A DNA stretch of 64,000 nucleotides, taken from assembly GCA_046563655.1 (NCBI GenBank), contig CM102285.1, positions 5,208,001 through 5,272,000 of the forward strand, written 5' to 3'. Positions 52,878 through 64,000 of the stretch are shown here, in pieces. Below the pieces are notes generated by a model. That model saw only the letters and a list, made by a program, of their open reading frames with translations, searched no databases and was not told where the DNA came from. Within the stretch, counting starts at the first letter, position 1, and every line of letters begins with the position of its first letter. The position numbers and the translations under genes were made by a program. This stretch comes from Yuukianura sp. NJ FZ-2021 (Eukaryota).

Positions 52878-55800
52878 TCAATCAAAGCGGTACTTCTTGT
52901 CTGCCATATCAATTGCCCATCGAAACTTTGCACGCTGAGTCTTGTTATAGGCTTTCTCAATTGGAACGTCGTGCTTTTTACACCTAAAAAGACCAATGTA
53001 TCAATAAACAACGTTCCTCAGATACAACTCCAGATACAACGAATTCGAGTCTAGGCCTTACCATGCTACAGTGATACGTGGATCCAAATAATTTAACTTG
53101 GATGTACCAAGGGCAATTTCCTTCCCCTCTTCTTTGTCTGTCTTACTCATCTCCAATTTTGCCAGTTGGTCCTCAAGCCTCTTGAGTGCATTCTGTTTCT
53201 TCTCCCGTTCTCTGAAAAGTGTACCATTAAGTATGAAATTAAAAACCGAATTTCAAGCGTGATGACATCCAAGGACTTACGTTGTGCCTTTACGTAATCC
53301 TTTCACTTCCTTCATCATTTGTTCAACGGCTTCCTGTTTCTGCTGAATTTTCGCTTCCAAATTTTCCATAGACTTTTCGTGTGATTTTGGCGCGGCACGT
53401 TGATGGTTGCACAATATAGCTACTGCTCTGTTCGCTCGATTGTAGGCCAGTAATTTTTCCGCTTGTGTCCCATTCGCTGGTGTTTTTTTATCAAGCTCCT
53501 GTTGGAGGGTGTGTGAGGCGTTATACGTACGGAACACCTTTGCACTGAGTCCGTCCATCAATTCACTCAAATGTTTGTTTAAAATTGCGGTCTGGAAAAA
53601 GTCAAAACATCATATTAAACAGCAGAAAAGTTTGGGTGAAACAGTCAATTCGCAGCAATTTATCATGGCGAACTAATTTTTTGTCCCGTTAATTTTTTAG
53701 TGATTTCAGAATTGCAATTAAACAACAAAAAATCCATAGACAAAGATATCAAAAACGCCGCATGTACTACTTATTTTTTTTCTCGGTCGTAAGGACAAAC
53801 TTGTCTTTAAGATTAACCACCGTATTCTCGTTCGGGATTTCGGATACTTTTGGTAAGGAAAATTAACTCACATTGAGACGGTCGAACAGATCATCCCCAT
53901 TCTTCTTGTTTTGCATGAAAAGCTTCACGTTCTTGAAAACACGCTTGTCAACAGCCACTTCGTTGTGATATTTAATTGAATCCTTTCCGAGAAAATCAAA
54001 CTCAACCACGCATTCCTTTCCATTGCGGTGATCATGCAGTTTTATGTGTTCAAAACGAAGGGAACAACAGCCAACAGTATCGGCTTGATCCTCGTCCTTT
54101 TCATTCCCAGCTCTGAGAGCAAGCTAAAGAGTGAAAACAGTAAAAACCTGTAAGCCCAAATTCTCAATATACATGTACTATTCAATATTTTTCTTCATAC
54201 TTTGTCAATGAAGTATAGCGCCACAGCTCTTTGACGCACTCTCATTTCTTTGGATTTGAAGTCATTCCGATAGTTTTCCCGAATTTCGTCAATCTTCTTT
54301 GCCAACTCACGGGCTTTCTCGTATTTCATCCAATCCTTTTCTCCCTTGAGTCGTGATGTTGGATTCAGCATTACGTATTTTGGCTGACCCTAAAATTCAA
54401 TTTGAAAATAAACGTCAATGATATTTATTTCCCATTTTGCCCTCGAGAAATAGATGGTTAAGGAATAGATTCACATTCAATAAAACTCAAAAACTAACCT
54501 GAACGTTTTCGGTCCAACTAGCTAACCAGCTAACTGTGTTGTCGTGTCGGACCTCTTTCCACTTGTGACCCTTCGGTGGCACGGGTACTTTGGCGCCTTT
54601 GCTGCAGTTGATTATGACATCTTCCGGTTGAACCCGAGTCTTCAGCATTCCCATTTTCGGATGTTCGCCACGACCTCGGAATAACCCTGGTGGTTCGATC
54701 CGAAAATTGCCAATCTTCTCTTTGTGTCCATCCAGAATGCAGATCCCGTATTCCTTCGTCACTCGTTCGTTTTCTTCCTTAAGTGCTTGCTTTTCCTCTT
54801 TCGACATTGCCTTCCTCTCTTCGCTCTTCTTCTTGTAGTAGTCATTGATTTCGGTGAAATCACATTTCGATAAATCCGTAATCAGCTCTTTTTCTGACGG
54901 GGTCATCACCTTTCGCCAGTCCTAAAATTTTACATTTTTCATTTTAAATGAGTCATTTAGGAACCACTCTCCTACCAAATTAAGCAGTTTCATCCTATTC
55001 CTAGTCGTCAAGATATTCCTAGCCATGGCTAGCATATGGTCTGGTCGTTGAATATGGCAGTAATTCGCATTATTACCTTAAAAAAGTTCTTGTTAAAAGT
55101 TTCCTTAGTAGTATAATCGTGTTCTATCAAACGAGCATAGAACCCAGCAACCTCTTCAGTTTTCTCTGATAACTTGACGGATTTTTTCGCGTATCTGAAC
55201 TTGACATCCTTCGGTAAAGGCTCGTATTCTGCTGCAAAAACGGGTCCCTTATGTTCTAGAAAGTTCCACTTAACACCGTCCTCTCTAGGAGCTTCTTTCC
55301 ACCATTCCCAAACCTCTTCCGGTTCCTCTTCCTTCGCTTTCCGGCCGCCCTTCTTTGCCGGTGAGCCTTGACTTGAACTTCCAGACTTCCGACTTGACTG
55401 GGATGAAGAGCTGCGGGGTTTCTTTTTGCTTGATTTGAAGTCGTCCTCGGAATCATCATACTCAGATTCGCTGTCCTTTTTCCGTTTAGTCTGCTTCTTC
55501 TTTACTTCGGATTTTGCCTTTTTCTTACGCTGGCTCAAAGGAATGTCGTCTTCAGAATCAGATTCCTTCTTACGCTTACCGTTTTGTATGGGCTTAGACT
55601 TCCTACGTTGACTCTGAAAACGAATGTAAAAGTAAACTCTCAAAACACAATCGGATATGTTGGGGTTGCCTTGCATTTGAGAAGTTCTTACCAATGGAAT
55701 ATCATCTTCATCGTCCTCGCTTTCCTCTTCTTTTTTAACAAGAGACCGATCGTTACTTTGTTTTGTCTAAATCAAAGATCAGAAAACAATTGACCCATAA

Positions 55801-56613
55801 ATAAATATCTGACAGCAATTACACGCTTGATGACAATCAAATAAGGGTAAAATCAAATCGCATAACTTTTGCATACCAGTTGCTCATCTTCGTCAGAATC
55901 GTAGTCCATTTTGACCGAGTCTTCTGAATTCGTCTCTATTTCATGCTTGTATGGCGAGGATATTTCTTCTTTTACTTCGAGGCGATGTTCAACCTCTTTG
56001 TCCCGGTGTTTATCCTTGTGCTTGCTATTAAGTTTAAATCAAACCAAACAACTGATTCCGAGGCAATGCTCAGCATTCAAATTCTGAATTATTAAATGTA
56101 ATTTTTACCTCTTGTGCGAGTGTGATTTGGATGTAGGTTCTTCCTTGATTTTGAGAGAAGATTCGTCTCTTTTATCGGATTTGTGTTTGTCTCTACTGGA
56201 ACTGGATTTCTTGTCCTTGTCTCGATGTCTTTCCTTGTCCTAAATATTACAAACATAAAAATACCACCGTTCTTACCATAGCAACAGTTCAGTCTTGAAT
56301 GTAGAATTTACTGGGAATTAAAAAGGTCAAAGATCGATATGTTAAAATTAAAAACGGAAGTAACCTTATCATGTTTGTGATGTTTATGTTTTTTATCCTT
56401 GTGCTTGTCTTTGTGCTTATCCTTGTGTCGTTTTTCGGAGTGGCCATTCTTGATTTCGCCATTAGATGTAGATTGTTCTGCTAACAACGCATCACCAAAC
56501 AAAGTAGAAGATGCTTCCATTATCATCGACTCGGTAGGACCGTTTTGTTTGGTTGGAGACGATGGAGGTTCGGGGGTCCGGACTTGAGTTGGAAAAATGT
56601 CCATGGTCTCCAT
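52878..56613 (-). CDS. top1: DNA topoisomerase I (type IB), multi-exon
   Basis: Charged N-terminus (HKDKHKDK), [67 protein letters not shown], catalytic [14 protein letters not shown]; final exon ends ..[14 protein letters not shown] at 52878. Confidence 0.97.
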
Positions 56614-59600
56614 AATAAAGCAAAATCTAAATAGGAGAATAGATATTAATCAGATGAATAACGATAACCCATGCATCGTTCCTCAAAATTACTAAACGAA
56701 ACCACCAACTGTTATTACTCCCGGTTTTGCCTAATTATTTCTCTCGGGAAGAGTTACCCATTTTCACACTTTTTCCATACCTATTGCAATTTTAGGCTGC
56801 AATAAAGGTTAAGGGATGGTTTTGAAGTTAACTAGCTTACCTTTTCTACTCACTTAATCGGTCGTGCAGTGTGGGTAACAAGATTCCGTTGAATTCCAAA
56901 TATTCTTACTCCAAAAATTACAGTCTAAAAACAGTTCAGTGAATATTCACTATGTGTACTCATCGACATGAACGACGAGCAAAAAAAGAAAAATTATAAC
57001 TTTTTGAGTGAGTAAAGTATCAAACCAGACAAGTGCAAAGTGAAAAAGGAAAGAGAAGGGGAAAGCCCCCTCCATCCAAAAACACAAAATTTAAGTATCG
57101 AAACCCTTCCAGAAAGTCCAACAAGCCCAAAGGGTTGAAATACAGCTCAAGGCTTCTCATTGTAGTCGTGCAGTATAACCAAAGGCGATCACAGTTTATG
57201 GCTAAAGTGAGTGAATAAGATATTGTCGCAAGTAACACTAAAGACTTTACCTGAAGAACCTAAAATGACAACATAAGTTGCCACACCGGCCGGATAGGTT
57301 TGCATTGTAGCCGCCGAAGAGACTACAATGACTGCCATTTAGCCTTACTTCATCCGACAGAAACGAGCAAACGCGTTGAGTTTTTTTGTCGAAGAAAAAT
57401 TTTATCCGTCCTAGTGTACTGCGGTGAAGTAACCAAATTGAAAAGGGAACAAACGGGACCGTCAAACTCAGCAGTCTCACTCTAAAACTATGTCCATAGT
57501 TTGTAAGTAGTGTGTGCCATGCAGTATTTTGAAAGGATACATAAAGTCAATACGGATATCTTAACATGACTCGATTAAAAATTCACTTTTGAAAAAAAAA
57601 ACAATTTTCAAAAAGCTTTAAAAGATTTTAATAGGTTTCGAGTTAGGACGAAGTTAATTCGACTTAAAACTAAACAAAAAAATTTGTGGTTTATAGCTTA
57701 GTAAAAACGGAATCTTACGAAAAATAGTTCATGGCAATCAAAATCATAAACAAGAATTTGAAAGCAAAAAGGGCACGTGATACAATAATTGTATTAATTA
57801 TTATTAATTCTAATTAACTATTAATTACATAAGCTAGACGAAGGTTATTTGAATTACTGAACCATTGATCAATCAAAACACGATGAGCTGAAACTAATTA
57901 GTATAATTACGAAACCTAGCTCATGGAAAAATTGGCATGAGCGTATTTTTTAAGGTTAGGTCTGCTGGACTCTGGTGGAGTTGATTTTGTGAAAAAGCGC
58001 GAAATAAACACCGACCCTCGCCTGGTTTCTAAAATTTCAAAAAGCGTTGAAACGACAGCAGAATTTCAGATCCGTAACCTGCCGTAACACTTCAGCTAAT
58101 CATCTAAAAAACGGAATTATAACTCAGAATCATAGTCGACGTATTCCTAATGGTGTCGAGTCGACATTGTGTTTCAAACTGAGTTACCAATTACCTTAAA
58201 AAAATTCTGACAGAAAGGTTTGAGAAATGGTACTTAGGGTATATTTGGTCATGATTTTCCCATGAATACGTTTTCGCATCGAAATAGTCGTTGAAATCGA
58301 AATGTAATCAAATAACAGTTATTCCCTACGATGTGTGGCATAATTTACTGGCTGATAAATATGTTATTTAACTTACAAGTATTGTTAATTGAATATTATT
58401 GATGCTTCTACATGAAACCAAAATGAGAACATTAACACAATTCAAGGTAGAAGTAGAGGAATTTCTTCGTTTGTGTTCCATCAGTGGTTTTTAATTAATA
58501 AATTCTTAACCAGTAATCAATAAATGGATACCATAACAAATTCAAAAATCCGACGAGCATAAACACCTTCTTTCTGTTTGTTATTTTTGTAAGGATGTAG
58601 CGCATTGTGAAAAGGAAATTTTCCATTGTGCTCATTAGTAACATCAAAAAGTAAGGTTGGTACATACTGTACGCAGTTGCTTTAAAAAAAAAGTGGCATA
58701 TACTTACCAACAACAAAATGATTTTCTTCAGCATGTTCAACATGCCTCAACTACGCTGGGAAAGGAGCCCGGCTTTCTTTAACTATCACAACCAATGAAA
58801 CCCCAAACTTTGGGAATAAAGCAAAAGCAGTCCATAAATGAAGTTTCCGCGTAAAATTTTGTAAACACACCTTGGGTACGGTACAACATCTCCGGATCTG
58901 TCTTAATTTATGTGGTAATTTTACGGCCATACGTAGATTTACATAACATACATACAGCCATACAATATTCCTCTGACGGCCTCTCAATATATTTCCAATT
59001 TCATAAAGCTGCTGCGTAAGTGGTTCGTCGCCGCTGAAGCAGATAAATACAAGTCCGACTATCCCAAAGCCAGCGGCAATAGCCGTAAATCTTTTTCGAC
59101 ACCGAAACCAAAGACAAAGTACGCTTTAGTCTACTTCGAATTAACTCCTAATTTACATGAGTATTTTCTAACAAACCTACGTAAATCAAGCTATATCAAA
59201 AATTAGCTTAGCATAGCCTGGTTTTTATGTTGTTCCTGACCGGTCGTGTATTGATTGATTGTCGTATATTGACGTTGTTGATTTTTGTATTATCGACATT
59301 AATTTCGTCCGCTTTTCAAGCTGCAGACTTTTGATTATGGTTTGCGTTAACAAATGGAAAGCATTTTTAGCAACCGGTTCACACTTAAACTGTAGTTGAT
59401 TGGTTAGTAACTTCTGCAATTTGACCTAAAACATTTGCGTTGTTCGATTTACTCCTCCGTACTATTTATACTCCTATTAATTTTATTTAATAAGAAAAAA
59501 ACGGGTTCTTCGATTTATGGGCTTTCAGTTTTGGTATTTTTATTACCATACAAAGAAAGATAATAGAAGGATATATGTTAGATAATATTTATTACAGTAT

Positions 59601-62600
59601 ACCACATATGCATCAGAAACGTCAAAATTTCAATGTGTTTAGATTGTCACATTTTAATTAAAATCATGCCACGCATTCTTTATTGTATTTTAACTTTAAC
59701 GGGAGATTGATTCCTCCGGTAATGAAGAGGCGAACGTTATGAGTTGGCTGGCGCAGCGTAAACAATTCCCCTATTCCGAGTTTTAAAGTACCAACATGTG
59801 AAAACCCTATGTTGAATATAATTTGATGGGCTTTTTTTTTTCATCTTACTTGCAGGTAGGCACAGACTGTCTGCCCTCTGTTACTATCTCTGTTTCTCGT
59901 CGAACATAGTATTACTTTAGAATTGCTTCGTAAGCGCTCTCTTTCGGTTAGTCAGTTTTTGGGTAAATTGAAAATTGAACAACAATATGAGAATATGACT
60001 CTTTCAGCCTAACAGAGGGCAGCTTCTAATCAAACCGAAGCTGCAAGCTGCAACTTTATTGTTAATTCATCTATTCAGATTCATAAATTATTAATTTCAA
60101 ATTGATTTCAGCTTCACTTACTCAATCTGTGGATAATTTTACCTTGTTTGAGGAGGTACTTGATTATTTCCCGAAAAGAATATTTGTATATATCCGGAAC
60201 CCAATCACTCAAACAAATCAACACGAGGTAATTTACTTATACTAAATGTTAAATTAGGTCAGATTTTGTTTTAGATTGTTAGATTGGTTATATTGGTTTG
60301 CAAAATAAATTATAATTTAAACGTTGACAAACGTTTTCTTCTACACGATTAAACATTTCTTTAACTTACATGTTAACATCCATTGCTAAAAGGTTGCTTC
60401 CAAGAGTTGAATTCTATAGCGGAATATTTTTACACTGCGGATCAAGAGTTATCTGAAAGACCAGCGGTGAAACATTTAACTCGACGCTATTTCCTATGTC
60501 AAAAAGCATCTTTAAAAAAATTGGCTCGTGACGTGTCAAGACGATTTTGCAATTTTCGTTCAATTTGCGGAAACTCTTTGTGGGATGCGCATATTGGACG
60601 CCTAATAAAAGCATTTATAAGGTTTGTACGTTTTAGTCAAAAAAGCCGCTGTAAATCGTGAGTACCGCCGGCAGTTTGTTTTGTGACATGAGCTACACCA
60701 ATTATGCAAGCATTTTATGAACAAAATTAAAGCATGTTCAGTTAGGGTAGCTTAGCTTTTTCCTTGCTGGAAGATTTTCGGGGACTACTACTATCTTGGA
60801 TGCAAAAAGTAAAAATCCTAAGCTCGTTTCTGTTTCCAAAATGTAAAAAAAATGTAATGAGTTTTAGAACCAAGAGGCATGTTCAGATTTTTCCGTATCA
60901 ACTCTTTGTTAAGTTTAGAGCTCGAAAACTGTTCAATCCGACAATTCATTAACCAATCAGGAATTGAAACTAAAATTCATTTCATTCCAGAAGCACTACT
61001 TTTTTTTAATTTTTGTTTTCCTGGAAATACTTGTACTACGGAATTCTACCACTCAGCGTTATAGCGTTTTGGTTTTCCTACAAAAATATATACATATTTT
61101 GTAAAACGAAGCAGTGATTGATGTAAAACTGATGTTGTATTTCATAGTATCATTCATTAATCATTAATCTATAATCTATCATTAATTTTAGTCGCCTTTA
61201 TTCCTGAACATCTTGGTTTTAAAACAATAGGTGGATTTTTAAAACAGATTCTCAGCTTTCGAGAGGAACGTTTATGAGAAAAGAAGCGAACTTTCGTGTT
61301 CGTTACGCTTGACCAACTGACGCAGTCGATTATTGTAACCTCCCTGACTCAACTGTTAAGGATGCGTCTATTCTGCTAATAAGGAGTTCCGCAGTTACCC
61401 TACAGGTAATTCAGGCAGTAGGTCTGGTAACATCAATGGCATGAATGGCTGGATCTTGCCGTCCGACATATGGGCGGATGTGATCCACACAGAACGGAAG
61501 GACCCAACAAGTGGTTGGTTTCGGAAGCGGGACGCTGCGGCAGAATTTGAAAAGCACGGCATACGGCGACATTGTGGAAGGGAGAGGCGGATGCCTGCTT
61601 GTGTGGGAGGAGACGGAATTCGGAAGACAGAAATCTCTTGATCTTCCGTCCATTATCCACCCATAGGTGCAAGAACAGTTCCAGATGGACGGATGGATCA
61701 TATGGACGGATTAATGTCTACAGACGGATGATGACTTTCGGAAGTTACCTTCCCATGGAAGGAAATCAGAGTAATGCTGCACAATTAGCCTCGTTTCTTC
61801 TTAAGGCGAAAAAGCAATCCTTCCACTACAAAGAGATGAAGCTTTTGACTTGGACGAATTATGATCCCCATCTTTGGTCTTGAAGATCATCTTCCGGTGG
61901 CCACAAATCATCTTCCGGTGGTGGCTTTAAAGAAAAAAGCCCGCCAAATTCAAGAGCACAGAACTTGAAATAGAATACCGACAAGATTTGCCACTTTAGA
62001 GAGTCCCTCTTTACCAACATTCACCTAATCATAATTTAAAAAAAATTTCTTTTATTTACATAAAGTTTTTGTAATTATCGAAATAAAGATTTTTAATACC
62101 GGCCGCTGAGATGAGGTTAATTCCTGGAAATTGTATATTATGCGTCATCATCTTAGAAAATTTTAGAGATCCAAGGAGATGTCAGGTGTGTCTGGGAATA
62201 ACATAGAACTTTGTCATCATTTAAAAAAAAGTACACTTTATTTCGGTGCGGGATGAAACACGAACGCATCTTCTATGTTTTCTTCATGAGAAGCAGGATC
62301 TGTTAGAATTGAAAATTGGAACAAAACCTTAATATACTCCAAAGGCAATGGATTCGGAGTCAGATGCTGGAGTCCTCCACGGAATAAGTGTCTGTCTCAG
62401 CATCCCTTCAGTCCAGCACCTGACTTCGCATCCGCTTCTGTAAAAAACAAAACAAAACAAGCATCTACGGACACCACGGATGGCAGATGGGATGCTGAGG
62501 CCTTTCTCATCTTCTCCCATCATCCAAAGATCATTTCCTGTCGCTACTTTTTATTTATAAAGCTTGATGTAGGTGGGCTTCAAAGGCTATTCCTATCCTC

Positions 62601-64000
62601 TTCTTATAGAAATCACTCGAAGCGGATTTGATGATCTTTTTGTTGGTGTCTACTTCGATTTTGAGAAAAAAAAAACTACAAACTTAGTTCGCAATTTTGC
62701 TTAATGCCATGTTTGAATCCAGTTCCACTAATTTGGCAGATTCGTTTTGAAGATGCAGCAGTTGAGTGATTTCGTATTATACATCAGCATTAAAAAATAG
62801 CACTACGTGAGCGACGAAGACTAGGTTAACTCCTTTTCGAAAATACGTTGTATTCAGGTGCTGTGGAGGATGCGCATCTTCCAGATGCTTCAATTCAGGC
62901 GTCCACTTTTAAAAATTGAACAGTTTGGAAATGTTTTATTTACTCCAAGAAAAGCACCAACTGCTTCGGTTATTGTCTCGTGCTGATCTCGATTATATGT
63001 AAATTCTCCAGAAAAATGGCGTTGGACATTAAGCAACGTCTTGGAGAAGAGCGCGGTTCCTTGGAATGAATACCTTGACAGATGGATATCCTTGTTCATC
63101 TTTTCGGTTTACACTGAAAATATTGATGGATTTAGTTAGTCGATGAGGAAGATGCTTAAAAGAGCAGGTGAAATTTCAGGTACTTTTTTGTTCTAAAATT
63201 CAATGCAGTTTAGAGTATACGTCTTAAACCTTTCAGATTCAATTTCCAAAACGAGTTTTTTAAGGTTTGTTTTATGGAGAAACCTAAAGGCCATGCAGCG
63301 CGTGCCATCACACTAAATATTCTGAAAGGATTCAGTGGGACGGCATTATTTAGCGTCACTTCAAACTTAATGGGTCCAAAATTTTATTGTTAAGAAATTT
63401 GCAAATCTTTGAAATATTTGCGACATGTAGTGGCTTTATCTTTTGTTGGATTGTTTTTAAGGAAAGCAGAAGAATGGATAAAAGTACATGTACTTCCGGT
63501 GGATGTTAAGTTTGTTTCATTTCAACGGCCTCTCAAGGTACAATTTTAATATTTGGAAGTCTCATCCTCAGGCCGTTGGAGTTAAGAAGACTTCCTCTGG
63601 GAACAAAGCCACATAACAATGAAGTCGCATCTTCCTTCGGATGAAGGCAGACGCTTCTCTTCTGCGTCCCACTAATGGGATGATGTGAGCACAAAATGGG
63701 AACACAGGAAGGACAGGGACAAATAAATTGCAAGTTTCACGGTTCAAAGTTGACATGATTTTCCTAATTTTAAGTAAACAATTGTGGTTTATTTCCATCA
63801 AAATTGTTTGCAACTCCTAACTTCAGCAATCATCAATAATCAGCATAATCGAGCACAATTTTAGTTCAATTGGGAAGCATTATCCGGATCTCATTATTAA
63901 TGTTTTGTATTTATGATCCTATTCACTCTTACGCTGATTCAAAAATTAACTTATCACCGATTATTTCTACTTCAGAAATGATTTATGCCTATCATTTTGT

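Noticed and set aside
58400..64000. Exon-like fragments, including a TM-like FTAIAAGFGIVGLVFICF at ~59040-59090 (-) and several splice-like sites
   Set aside because: I could not assemble a consistent reading frame or recognise a domain.

Overview
AT-rich eukaryotic DNA with short GT-AG introns, probably from an arthropod or other invertebrate. Host genes: a secreted GH31 alpha-glucosidase (2998-6890, -), a two-exon membrane-anchored protein with a plant S1/SPH-like domain (50072-50775, -) and DNA topoisomerase I (52878-56613, -). The roughly 40 kb between the glucosidase and the SPH-like gene is a nested transposon island. The main finding is a 9.7 kb element (17879-27556) inserted into a Ty3/Gypsy reverse transcriptase gene. 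It has ~172 bp terminal inverted repeats, a perfect 6 bp target-site duplication (TTCAAG), (A/G)G...CT ends and a decayed protein-primed PolB, so it is Polinton/Maverick-like. I see no integrase, capsid, protease or ATPase in it. It carries instead a spliced mucin-like membrane protein gene and a REXO4/ISG20-like DEDDh exonuclease. A separate Polinton-type packaging ATPase about 9 kb away is split by a BEL/Pao element. Also present are hAT, Sola2-like, Harbinger-like, CR1/L2-like, Copia-like and Mutator-like foldback elements or remnants. All family assignments come from reading motifs by eye, not from database searches.
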